64,000 nucleotides of DNA from Podarcis bocagei (taxonomy: Eukaryota), in assembly GCA_964188305.1 (NCBI GenBank), contig OZ076886.1. The stretch is one strand, 5' to 3'. Shown here piece by piece: positions 24,291 to 36,885 of the stretch (its first letter is position 1; each line of letters opens with the position of its first letter). The position numbers and the translations under genes were made by a program. Under the pieces are notes generated by a model, which saw only the letters and a list, made by a program, of their open reading frames with translations, was not told the DNA's origin and made no database searches.

Positions 24291-24322
24291 TTTGTTTGTT
24301 TGTTTGTTTGTTTGTTTGTTTG
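24291..24322. repeat. (TTTG)n microsatellite
   Basis: Direct reading. Confidence 0.9.
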
Positions 24323-27187
24323 GAATCCTTCTTTTAGTTTGCAAAACCTCAATCTGTCTCATCGTTCCTTGTTCATTCAGCCATTCTGACTACTTTCCCT
24401 CCCCCGCTCCCAAGTTTTGTTTTTATTAAATCCATTTTACGAATGCCTGCAAGTTTAGAAGTGACTCACACAAAATCATTTGTGAAAAAGTGCCAAGGTC
24501 ACAGAGCGAGCTAGAGCCAAGAATAGAGAGCCGACTCTCCTGACTTTCAACCACATGTGCATGTGCTTAAGCCACCAGGGATGGGCGTGAATCCCCCTTC
24601 CGATGTCAAGAGGGTGCCATGGAACTGTTATGGATGGGCTTAGACAAGGTCAAGGGTTCAAGACTCAGTGGCCCTAAATCAATAGTAACCTTCTACATGA
24701 CAGCTTTACAAGACTAGTTCCTTTCACTTGGCTAATCCTGGGGCATGTGAAGGATGAATTTTGATTGGTTGCCAAGATCCAGCTTCTATCAGGGTCTTGA
24801 AGCATAAGTGTCAGCTGTTCATATTTAGGGCTATGGAAAATCTAATCGGCCTGTTAATGAAAAGGACTCCGAGCTGTGTAAGTTCCCTTTAATAGGCTGC
24901 CTTTCTCTTCTAAGATTTGAGGATGCCGCATGCCACATTAACACTCCTTCACTCGGCATCAGGGCTATGCAACCAGGAGTCTGTCCTTTTGCGATGCAAA
25001 CAAGCCAACACAGCTGTGATATCAATCACCATCACTCAGATGGGCAAATGAGACTGTGGTCTTCCAGCTCCAACATCCACCAGCTTCTTCAGATTCTGCT
25101 AATGAGGAGTCTTAACTGGCAGACGCAATTGGGTCAGGTATACCTAATTGGCTCCACATCCAGAAATTAGAGATGTTTGGCAAGGAACACCACATTCAGT
25201 TCTGCAGGCGACAGAGTGAGCATTGAAGAAAAAAAAAATCACCGACTGTAGCTTGAAATAATGCTTACGTCTATACCATGAAATGCCTCACCTGCCGATT
25301 TCTTCCAATTAAGCTCTGTTAAAGGCATGGAAACTGGCTAGGCCTTTTTGTGTGGTCCATTGGCAACTCTGGACAAAACTGTTTGCTCAGAGTTTCAGCT
25401 CATCCACAGTTCTTTTGCCTGACTGCTTTTCCCCAGGGAAAACAACTCTTTAGTGCTCAATTGGAGCAAATGGCAGTTTGGGGTTTCTCCGGATTGATGC
25501 TTGCTCTGATTTAGCACTCAAGCTTTCTAGGCATGGGACAAGCAGGAGTGTGGACAAGCCCTTTGTTCCCAAGGACAATCCTCCATGATTGGTTCATCTG
25601 AGAGAAATCATTGCTCATTTCGGGCACTGCAAAACTTTGATCTGCTTTAAAGTCTTAAACAAGAAATACACCTGCACACTCAGCAGTTTCAGACTCTTCT
25701 CTAGCAATAGCTCCCAACTATATTTTTTTTTACTCCAAAGCATGTAGGGTGGCGTTCAAAAGTAGTTTCACAACCAGAAAAGTCTCTGGATAATGCTCCA
25801 CATTTGAGGCCCTGTTTTGTCATGTGGATGTGGAATCACAAGCTCACAATTGTGGGTATAGCTCCTGACGACTGTACAGAAGATAACATTCACATTTGTT
25901 GCTCTGCCCACTTTTGCCTCTGACCCTTCCCCCAACTGGCATGTGGTTCCCCTATAAGGTTGTCTAGAAGGGAGTGCATCCCTTGGGCTGAAAAGGGCCC
26001 CTCATGCTTGGTTTAGAACCACTTTAGACCCCACCATTCCTGAGTGCAAACCACCACAGAGCCTTTACTCTACACAAGGAAGCAGCAACTCCCTGCTCCA
26101 TCCAGCACCTGCATTTTGAAGCGGTATAGTCCTGAATTCTACTGCCTTGTCCTTCATAATGTGTACATTGACTCACTCTCTCCCCTTGTTCTGAATAACT
26201 TAGACCGTACAGTGGCTCTCTGTCTGCTCCTTGTCAATGCATCAGTTCCACCTGCTAATAATCAATGGCTTATTATGTGCTGCTACCCAGAGCAATGCAT
26301 CCTTACCTACACCTCTACACTCCCCCAACCTGCAGGTTTATCACTTTCACCTCCACACAGCATCCCTCTGACCTAGCAGCTTAAAGGGCAGAGCAGGTAG
26401 ATTGAGATGCCTTGAAATCAGACATTCTCTTTCATCCACAGCCAGGCAGAGTCTCACTTTCATTTCACCTTCCTGCCCCTCAGGAATAGCAAAAGCACTT
26501 GAAAGATAGATCTGAATCTGTAATGCAGGCAACTTAGCTGCTCCTTTCATCCCCTTTCTGTTCTTTCATCCCAGGCATTCCTGTCCCTCAGGTTTAATTT
26601 TGGGCTGGGGCAAATGCAGACCCCAAAAGTTGAAGAAAATATCCTCTAATGATGCAAACTATGTTGCCTGCTTAGCTTGAAGGTTTAGCAAGCTGAGATT
26701 AGCTGGGCCAGACTTCTTGGTATTCCATTGATTCCAGATCATATTTAAGCATCGGGATTCTCGGAGCTCTGGGTTTAGGCAGTCTGCAAACTCATGCTGA
26801 CATTTTTATATTCCATTACATGTAACACATGACGTTTTCAGTAGCTATGGCAAGGCTTAGATTTCGCATTGTGTGCCTTTGCTTCTTATCATACACTTGT
26901 CACATACAAAAACTAGAAACACTTTCTTGATGTAAAGGAAATCTCTGGGGCAATGGGTGGGGGAGACCTCATTGCTATAGGCAGGTTGTTAAATGGGGCA
27001 CGTCTGAGTACTGTGTTCCTTTGAAGCAGAGAGAGAGAGAAAGAGAGAACGAACCTGTAGCCTTCTAAATGTTGCTGAATTACAACTCTCATCACCAGTC
27101 ACAATTAGCCATGCTGGCTGGGACTGATGGTAGTTGGAGTCCATCAGTCTCTAGAGGACCACAGTTTCCCTAACCCTACACTGGAGA

Positions 27188-27407
27188 TCAAGGACATTTA
27201 ATCTAGCCGCTGTAAGAAGTCTACGGTATTCCACATAGTGAATTTCTGCAAGGTAGGGGGCTGGTATGGTCCGATAAAACTGGTCCCCTAGGAACATCCC
27301 TGGTTTTACCTGGGCTATGTCCTCTTGTCTGGCAATGTCACTCAGTCTCCGGGAGATCACAGCTCTAGCTTGATTGTACGTCATAGACTCAAAGTAAAGG
27401 TGAGACA
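27188..27407 (-). mobile_element. Internal LINE ORF2 fragment (RTE-X/L2-like) flanked by a TSD, no tail
   Basis: Translation PAPYLAEIHYVEYRRLLTAARLNVL; 12-bp direct repeat CTACACTGGAGA at 27176-27187 and 27408-27419. Confidence 0.75.
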
Positions 27408-27524
27408 CTACACTGGAGAGAATTGGTGGGTTCTCTTTGTGCATTTGTTTTCTGCAAGCTCATGGTTTAATTGATCAGGGAGGAGTCCCTATCTGCCCTC
27501 ATTTAATACCGCTTCATTTAGAAA

Positions 27525-27708
27525 AGGGCTGTAGCTCTAGCTCAGTGGCACAACATGCTTCCTTTTGCATACAAAAAGTCCCAGGTTCAATCCTCAGCAT
27601 CTCCAGGTAGAGCAGGGAAATACTCCTTCTTGAGATGCTAGTGAGCCTCTGTCCGCCAGTATAAACAGGAGTGAGCTAGATAGCAAGAGGCAGTGTCCTG
27701 TGTTCCTA
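27525..27708 (+). mobile_element. tRNA-derived SINE (Squam3-like)
   Basis: A box TAGCTCAGTGG, B box GGTTCAATCC, body CATCTCCAGGTAG...GAGCTAGAT. Related copies at ~31711-31870, ~54763-54932 and ~20270-20375 (-). Confidence 0.7.
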
Positions 27709-27849
27709 ATGGCTAGGGATGGCAGCTTGTTTTCTAACACAGTTCTTGTGCCTTAACAGCTGCATGAAACTGGCAGAAATATTCAAATGACACTTTTAGG
27801 GATGTACAGATGTTGGCTAATTTCCTGGAAGAATATTAGCCCCGTCCTT

Positions 27850-28135
27850 TATTATTATTATCTTTATAGATTTTCTTGATTTACAAATGTATGTGCAATG
27901 TCTCTTGTATTTTTTTTCCATGTAACATTTTAACAAATCAGTTTCATTTGTTGGGACATTAGGAAGAAAAGGGGGAAAGAGGTGGAGGGGGGGAAAGATG
28001 GGTGGGGGTGGGGTGGGGTGGCAATGTTTCTATTTTGCTGAATATATGTAGGGTTTGGTGTCAGCGTTGCTTGTGCAGGTTCTCTGCTGTTCACTTGTGT
28101 TCCTTTGGTGGTGAGTGAAGGTTTGGCTAAGTCCC
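27850..28135. repeat. Probable retroposon fragment with a G-quadruplex-prone tract
   Basis: AT-rich start followed by GGGTGGGGGTGGGGTGGGG (~28000-28021). Family not identified. Confidence 0.35.
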
Positions 28136-28986
28136 TGGAGTCCAACCAGAGCTACCTGCTCAACAAGCATCTTGTTGGTTTGGTGCACACACACAACTAG
28201 GCCCTCCTGTCTCAAAGCCTGAATCTGGTTACAAAGTAATTAAAAGGCAATTACATGTCAGGCACCAAAAAACCTCATATAAAGATCTAAAGGCAGAATT
28301 AAACAGTAAACCGCAGCAATTAAAATCCAATCAAGCCTTCCAGCCACAGAAAAGCCTGCTGAAACATGAAGGCCTTGCCCTTTCCCCTAAATGTAAACAA
28401 GAATAGGCACATATGAATATCACCAGCAAGGATGTCCAAAAGGCTTTAGGCTGCCACAGAGAAAGCTCCACTCCACTCACTCTGCTCCTATCCATTCTTA
28501 CCATCAGCTTCATGGAGAGTACTGTAGCTAGAGCACCCCCCAGAGCACCTTAATCGGAGGAACTCAGGGCTTAGCCATAGACAATGAGCATATAAAGCAG
28601 TGGTGTCCAAACTTTGTTCAAAGAGGGCCAGATTTGATGAAGTGAACATGCGTGAGGGCGGGCCAAATTTGTTGAGCATTTTTTAGGATTGAAGTTGAGC
28701 TTTTTTAAGGATTTTGCCCCAAAATTGTTGAGCTTTTTAAAGGATTGCTCCCCACATAAATTGTTGGGTTTAACTTACATTTACACTTAGGTGTTGAGGA
28801 GACAGAAGAAACAGTGACTGTGGTCAAACTTCAAAGAAGCAAGCTCTCCATTATTATTGGCATCTCCTTTCCTGGGCTGCTTCAACTCCTGAGACTACAG
28901 CAGCCTTTGTCAACCTGTTGCTTCAGATGATGGAGGACCGCAGGTCTGGGCAGGGAGCAGGCTTTCCTGTTATATACCTGCTGGGA

Positions 28987-29492
28987 TTGACAAGGCATCT
29001 GACCCTCACCTGAATCTCATAGCTCTCCTGACAAGTGCTTTGGTCTGCCCACCAGATACCAGGCACTCTACTATTCAAATTAGGCCCCAGTGTTTTTGTT
29101 ACAATCCCCTTCACAATTAAATAATCAATTTTAATCTAGAATTTAAATTATTTGTTAATTTGAGCAAGTAAACTACTGCTCTCACTTACAAACAATATTT
29201 CTACCTGCAACACACTTGAGCAAACCTGCTCCTCTTTCTTGACAAGGCATCTGACCCTCACCTGAATCTCATAGCTCTCCTGACAAGTGCTTTGGTCTGC
29301 CCACCAGATACCAGGCACTCTACTATTCAAATTAGGCCCCAGTGTTTTTGTTACAATCCCCTTCACAATTAAATAATCAATTTTAATCTAGAATTTAAAT
29401 TATTTGTTAATTTGAGCAAGTAAACTACTGCTCTCACTTACAAACAATATTTCTACCTGCAACACACTTGAGCAAACCTGCTCCTCTTTCTT
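28987..29492. repeat. 252-bp tandem duplication (2 copies)
   Basis: Copies 28987-29238 and 29239-29490 appear identical by eye. ORFs starting at 29114 and 29366 (252 apart) share the same N-terminal sequence. TT microhomology at the junction. Confidence 0.95.
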
Positions 29493-29573
29493 ATTTTGTT
29501 GCAATTTGCAACTGTAGCTGCCTCTAAGTAGTTATCATTTAACTCTTCGGGGAGATCATTAGCATCACACGTC

Positions 29574-29576
<3 letters not shown>

Positions 29577-29623
<47 letters not shown>
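29577..29623. repeat. (ATT)n microsatellite
   Basis: Direct reading. Confidence 0.95.
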
Positions 29624-32600
29624 GCATGCAAGTTGCTGAACCAATTAACCAACTAGAAGGATTGCTGTTAATAGCACCAGTTTTCCTATAACTTGATATT
29701 GCTGGATAGTTTTGATGAACTGCATAAGCATTTTTAGTTTGCTTTCTGTTGCCACTCTGGAACTTTTCTTTATTAGTGCCACTTGAGTCTGTACTCTGGT
29801 GACACCAGGGACCTAGAAGGTGCAGGGCTTGTCAGACCAACCCCTGCACAGTCTCATCAGGGCTGACCTTAAGGCAATTGGAGCAACTGGGCCAAATTGG
29901 ACTCCAGGGCAATCTAGATGGATTTTGTGCATGTGCAACTACAGAAAAGGACCCTGCTTCCTACTTTGCTGCTTTAGAACACCCAACCCTCTCCCATACT
30001 GTTGTCCCCTCCCCACATTCTAAAACACAGGACATATGCTGTCTTCACACTGACTGTGGTCCTAATGATTAGTTGAGAATTATATCAGCATTTTTCAAAT
30101 TGTTTTCCAGAGGACTCTGGTGTTCTTCAGATACTTATTCATGGCTTCTCCAGTAAAACGAATAAGTCAGCTTGCCTGCCACTAGTGACCTTCTATCCAT
30201 ATGCACAGAGGCAGGGAGTATTCTAAGGGAAACTCAAAAGGACTATGCATCACTAGATTGCACCAATTGTGTTTGTTTCATAGGACACTTTCCAGACCTC
30301 TGCAATATGCAGAGGATGCTCAAGAGAAAAGACAACAAGGAAAGGGTTCTCTGAAGACAAAGTCTGAAAAGCTCTGATCTGCATAAATCAGTTGATCCAG
30401 ATGCCTGGAGCGTCTGGTTTGTTTCTCTTTAGCCCTTGGATTCCAGGGCTTAATGGAAACCAAGAGCTTGGTTTTTAACCTTATTATTATTATTTATTTA
30501 AAACATTTAAAACATTTCATTCAGAATCTTTAAAAAAGACAATTTTAAACAATAAAACAATGCTACATCTACATTTCTGCATAGAGGTCAATTAAAAGTT
30601 GGCATCAATGGCCTGGGAATGCCTGATCAAAAAGATACACCCACCCACACCCATATTATTTTAAAATATGGAGTGTGTCAAAAGTGATGTGCAGTGGCCC
30701 AGTGCAACTGTGCTTCTTCCCTGTCTCCTCCTAGCTCCATGTGAATGTGTGGATACTCTCTAAAGCCTCTCTTCACATGGATTCTCACAGTATGCAGCAG
30801 TCAAACAAAAAACACAATATAATAGATATGGGGATAAATGCAGGCAAGAAAGGGAGAGCTACTCCCCAAAGAGGATAAGAAATCCTAGCTCCATTTTCCA
30901 CCCCCTCCCAGCCTCTCTGTGATGAATGATTATGTCCCATCAGATAAATTTGGACCGTTTGACTCCTTTTTGGAGAAGGCCATTGAGAAATAACCTTTAC
31001 AAGCTCACCTGACACACACTATGCTGCCTGCCACCAGATACTGCTGAGCTCTCGGCTCATTAGTGAGTTCATCCGGGAACATGAATCACTCCATGAAGTG
31101 CACCCCTGCTTGCCCAGATAAATAAATCTCCATGTCCCAAACAGAGCACAGCCTGTGCAGATTGAATGAGATATCAGTCCAGAGACCGTCTAGGCTGATT
31201 TCTAACCCCCCTAGGCATTTAGGAAGCCATGGCTATCTTCTGATTAGGAACATTCAGCTCGTTTTAATGAAGGATCTGTTTTAATTCCCATTTCTTTCTA
31301 ATGACAGTGTAACTTGCCTCTTAACTCTTTTTTCTTTTTTGATATCCTCAGATTTCTTTCAGGAAATGTTACACAACAAATGTTACTCCAAGGACCACTG
31401 GAGCTCTGCCTGGATATTTGTAGAAATGGGTCTGTACATCTCACACCAAACAACAGAGGCCTACTTCATCCTACGCTTCCCATTTGCTCTGGAAGCCAGC
31501 AGACCCACAAGCAGATCTGGTAGCTTACAAGGCCCACCATTGCCAATGGCAGTCTTCCTTCCCCAGCCATGAGTCCTCAGATGTTCTGGACTCCAACTGC
31601 CCACTGCCCAGGGCTGATGTGGAGCAGTCCAATATAGCTTGCCTATGGTATGAAAGAGGTACACCTGGAAGATGCTATTAGACATAAAAAATTGTAAATG
31701 GAAGTATGCTAGGGAAAAGCCACAGCTCAGTTGTAGAGCTCAGAAACTCCCAAGTTCAGTCTCTGATATCATCAAGCAGGGCTGGGAATGTCCCCTGTCG
31801 GAAACCATGGAGAGCTGCTGCAAGATGAATCCATGGTCTGACTTCGTATAAAGCAGCTTTCTTTGCTCCTTCAAAATCAGATATACCAGACTAAAAAGGA
31901 TCAGGTGAGGGGAATTGGGGTGCTTGCTTGCCTGGACAGAGGAAAAGGGACTTTGATGGCCTGCTTGCACTTTGCAGTATGGACAGAAGGTCCACAGGAG
32001 AAAAGTGGCTATTTGGTGCCCAGTAAGTGCCCAGTTGAAACATGGAGTTCCTCCAGACTGATGGGGGTTTTTTGCAAGTGTATTCTCCAACATGTCATTA
32101 ACACAATAATGGTGCCTTAGTGGTGGATGTGTTTATACTGGGCTGTCCGCTTTGTTAGTTCTGTGATGCTTACTGCATTGTTGCCATCTGGAGGGTTAAA
32201 CACGTGCTAAAGTGCAACAAAAGTGGAACAAAAAAGGAGAGTCGCAACATGTGTGGTATGAAAAATTGCAGGATTTCAGCAGGAAACTATGAGGTGTGCA
32301 CCTATTACTAGAGGCGGATTTTGGGAGTTATGACTGATTCAGTTGCGCTGGGCATGGAGCCTTGGGGTTGCTGCAGGTGGCACCACAACTATGATATAGA
32401 ATGGAAGGTGAGAGGCAAGGGGTGCCAAAATTTGTCATTATACAGGGTGCCACTGAAATTTGCCATTGCTATTGCAAACAAAGCAGTTACAACACTTCCA
32501 AGCACAAGTAGTATTGAAAGAGCAAATGTACATAACTACCCTGGGAACATTATGAGCACAGGCCATGGTGAATGCTCAACATAGCTGTCAACTTTTCCCT

Positions 32601-33842
32601 TGGAATCCTATTCAGAGGATGCGAGGAATCCTATTTGGAATAAGGGAATTTCCCTTAACAAAAAGGAAACGTTGCCAGCTATGATGCTCAATAAAAAGGG
32701 CGTCTGGAAGGGCCCATTGAAGAGGTTTTAGTTGGAGTGGGACTAACCTGACTGGAGAGCCAATGTGCCTGCAGGAGAACAATCTGTACCAGAAAATATT
32801 GCAATGGGTGAAGCGCAGCACAAAATGTTTTCCATTCAGGGAAGACAACCTGAACATTATATAAGCCGTGGGGATGGGGACAATTTACAAATTACTGAGA
32901 ACTAGGAAAATAATCACCTGCGAAATGGACCTTAAAGAAACCCTCTGAGTCAGCTTCTACGAGTTTGAATAGGTTGAGGATAGGATGTGATGAAAAATAT
33001 CTTCTGACATCTTAGCAGAAGTTCTGAACACTAAAAAACCTAATATGATTACTTCAGACAGTTCATTGTGCTCTTTAGTGCTTACTTCCTCTGCAAAAAT
33101 CATATAGGACTATAGTACGGTTGGCTTCCTTCCCAGGATTTTTTTTAAGAGATCAAACCTGTCTTTCTTCTTCTCTAAGCAGGAGGACTACTTTTTGGCC
33201 ATGTTGCAGGAGTCTGTATAAAACGATCCCACATATTTCCTTCTGCAGCAAATCTAGACCTAGTTACCCCTTCATAGGAGCAATAAAAGCTGAAAGTCAT
33301 GGCTCCCAGACAACCTGTTCAATGAGCATTCACCTTGGTTTGTTTGCAGGAAGATTAGTTGACTATTTATTCAGCATTCATTCTGATCTGTTTGCAGGTT
33401 AGACAATGCTACACCAAACAAATGTCACCCTTCACTTCCCAGTGCATTTTTCTGTCACTTTCTTTTTTTGCAAAAAGTCTGATTTGGGGGCAAAGAAGGG
33501 TTGGTGCACAAGAGTTCTAAATCAACTTTAACTGCACGTCCTGAATTTGCCAGTAGGTGTTTGAATTCCACCTGAAAACAGTAACCGTCTGGAAGCACAT
33601 ATTAGAGTTCATCATGAATGGGACTGGTTATCAGGAAGACACACAGGCTAGCAGAAGAAAAGGCCATTTCAAAAGAGAGTTCAAATAGTAACTAGTGTGC
33701 CCCTTGCTCTGCAATGTCGGGTTGCATTGAGAAGAAGAGAGCAGAGCCTCTGGACCTACTTTACTTGAGACTCTTTAGATCAAGTGTCTATGTTTAGTGG
33801 TTGGTGCCCATTTCCGGTAACATGAGCCAGATCTGTAAAAAC

Positions 33843-34131
33843 TAGGGCTGACATATTTCAAAAAATAAAATTGTTGAGCTTTTTAAAGGAAACCACCAAA
33901 ATTGTGGCGCTTAAGCTTTTTTAGGGAACTACGGTAACCCAAATTATTGAACTTGGGGGGGGGGAACCTAACCCAAAAATAGTGATTTTAAGCTTTTTGA
34001 GCTGTCTCCGCTGCTTTTTCTATTGTATTGCCCTACATCAGGGTTTCCCCTGACATTTTGCCCCCCTGACGCCATTTTTACACCCGAAAACCAGGACTTG
34101 TCAAGAATTTTTCTGATGTATGGCAAGCCTA
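33843..34131. mobile_element. hAT (Blackjack/Tip100-like) MITE, same family as 3613-3843, opposite orientation
   Basis: Ends TAGGGCTGACAT / ATGGCAAGCCTA, flanked by TAAAAAC on both sides. Confidence 0.75.
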
Positions 34132-36327
34132 TAAAAACTGAAAGCATGAAGGTGGATTAAGGGAAGCAGCCAGTTGGGCTAGTCAACCCTGGCAATTGAA
34201 AAAGGAGGTACACCTGCTACCCAGCCACACCACAAGGATTCTCACAGTCTGGACCATTTTGCATGTGCACATGTGCAAATGCGTGGAGCTCTGTCTTGAG
34301 AACAAGCCTGAGATCAATTACAATGTCATATAAATACACTTCACGTCTCAGCATGTACCTGTGAATATCTTTGGATAAAGACAGGTGCACCTATGGGTTC
34401 TTGTGCATCTGAGTGTCTTTGTGCATATGAAAGCCATCTCTCAATGCTTATGCATTCATGTTGCAAAAACTGAGCCTCTCCAGGGCACAGGCTCCTTGCC
34501 AAGGGCGCAAGGGAGCCTAGGTGCGCCTCTGTCAATATGTGTATCCCTGATTACTTTCTGCCCCAGCTGGTCAACTGTCTGGCTCCCTCACCTCACACAT
34601 TTACAAACACCTTTGTCCACTTTTTCAAAGTGGTGTGGGGAAAACCTGTCCTAAAAGTGGGGGGAACATTTCATGGGCCATGAAAATGTTTCTGAAACAC
34701 CAAACCCCCTCCCATGTGGGATAAACACCAATAAAGCACATATGTGTACAGTCAGTGTATCGGGTCAATTTGTTTCAGACTTGTCTCTCGTCTCTTTAAA
34801 TCCGATAAAGCAACAGAAATATATGTTAGTGTGGAACCTGAACATTGCTCCCCCACCCCTCCAATTATTGATATTTTCCTTCAAAAATTGTTCTGTCAGG
34901 TCCAGATTCAGATTTCAGGTATGCCACTTAAAACTAAGCAGCCAGTTAAACCACTCTGGGATTACACTGTCAAATCAATCAGATGCCACTGGATCCAGGC
35001 TGCCTTTGCCTGCTGACCCCAGCTTTTCTCTGCATGTTTCCACAGGGTACAAAAAACCTGCCTCCTTCCTTGCAAGAGCAGAGGCCTTCCTGAACAAGCC
35101 ATGCTGCTGCTGCTGTGTGAGTCTGCTGGTTCCCTTTGCTAGTCAATCGAAGCTGTGCTTTCCCCCTGCCTCCTTGCATTGTCAAAAAAAAACCCCACAT
35201 GAGTGCCAGCTGTGCTGCTGCCTAAACAAGGGACCCTGGGATGGCTTTGTTCTCCTGCTTCTACACCCAAACAGAGAAAGAGTTCCTCTGATCACTTCAT
35301 CAAGCCACCCAGTGCAACTAGCCCACAAAACAGAATCACCGCTTAGCTGACAGCAGGGAATGAGGATAAAGGAAGGAGCAGGTGGGATGTTGCTTCCCTC
35401 CCCTGTAAGCAGTGGGAGGGCAAAAAGGCTGAACAATTGGATCAGGGTAAGCTAATCCCCCATGTTACAGATGTAGGCACACAGCAGTGTTTTTCAGCTC
35501 TAGCCTCCAGCTGAAGGGCAAGGCCCACAGGGCAGGCAGGCAAGCAGGCAAAAGTCTGACATGGGGAGCAGACGAACATGCAGCCCCCCACCTGCTCTCT
35601 GATAGGGCTGCACCTTTTCAGCATATCCACATCAGCTAAGAAACGTGCCACATGGAGAGCACCACCAAAGGAGGCATTATTAATCAGCCGTCTGTTTCCC
35701 CCAGGTGATTAAAAGCAATACCTAGCAAACTCAAGAGGACTTGCTGGACTAAGTGCAATTGGATCTCAGCTTTTCTTTCTTTGAGTCCGGTGTTTTACCT
35801 GTGTAGTCCATTGTATTCCCAAATGCATGTAGCAGTAAGCTACTTGGTTCGTGGAAGATCGGTCTATAAATGGCTATTAGCTGCAATAACTGAATGGAAC
35901 TTTCGGATTTGGAGGTTCCGTTTCAATCTGGCTTGCAGCCAGAGTCCAAGATGAAAATACTTAGGCCTCCCTGGAAAATTATCTGTATCAGGAGGAGAGA
36001 TGCAGGGGGAGTGTGAGCCTATTGATTCTATTGTTGTTGTCGTCATCATTATTTTGGGTTTGTAGCTTACTAAATCATACTCAGTGGGTCAGTAGATCCA
36101 CTGGAATCAATGGACTTAAGTTAGTCAGTGGGTCTACTGTGCATAAGATTTAGTCAAATACAGCCTGCTTTTATTTATTATGTATGGACTCACTACTTGT
36201 CAAAGTACAAGAAGGCAGCTGTTTGCCTGAGAAGCTTGCATCCTAAAATTCAATACATTCTGAAAGGTGGCAGAGGGGAAGGAAGGAGACAGGTATCAAC
36301 AGGGAAAGAGTACAGTATGTGCTATTT

Positions 36328-36470
36328 ATATAGAGTTGGAAGCGATCCCCAGGGTAATCTAATCCAACCTGCTGCTCAGTGCAGAATCTGCAATGCAGGA
36401 TACAACTGCAGCATCCCTGAGACACAGCCATCCAGCTTCTGCTTCAGTATTTCCAGCAAAGGAGAGCCAT
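36328..36470 (-). mobile_element. CR1 3' end
   Basis: TAGAGTTGGAAG...ATCTAATCCAACC...GCCATCCAGC is the reverse of the CR1 terminus at 18211-18351. Confidence 0.7.
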
Positions 36471-36696
36471 CGGCACCTGGTTTGCCAAGAACAGGATGCT
36501 GTATGAGATGGGTTTTGGGGCTGATCCAGAGGGTCTGTTCTTCCGTTCTTATAAAAGGGTTGCCACCTTCTGAGTGCAAAAGAGCTCTCAAAGGCTGAAC
36601 CTGTTGCATGGTTTGGGAGAATGGGGCACTGCTCTACAGTTGTTCTGCTCCTACCTCATACCATTGCAGCTTCAGATTCAGGTTATGGGGAACTCG

Positions 36697-36885
36697 TATA
36701 AAATCACAGAACTGTAGAGTTGGAAGGGACCCCAAGGGTTATCTAGTTCAACCTTTTGCAATACAGGAATCTCAACAAAAGTATCCATGACAGGTGGCCA
36801 CCTAACCTTTACTTAAAAACTTCCAATAAAGGAGAGTCCACAACCTCCTAGGGAGACCATGCTACTATCAAACAGCTCTTACTGA
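36697..36885 (-). mobile_element. CR1 3' end
   Basis: GTAGAGTTGGAAGGGACCCC...GGAGAGTCCACAACCTCC. Confidence 0.8.

Noticed and set aside
32720-33090. Peptide MCLQENNLYQKILQWVKRS resembling a BTB-Kelch BACK domain
   Set aside because: Flanked by stops with no splice sites. It could equally be a decayed L1 endonuclease (CLQE motif). Too weak to call.
34673-35350. Longest ORF in the window (225 aa)
   Set aside because: Composition is Cys/Leu/Ser-rich and random-like, with no recognisable domain or exon context; likely a chance ORF.
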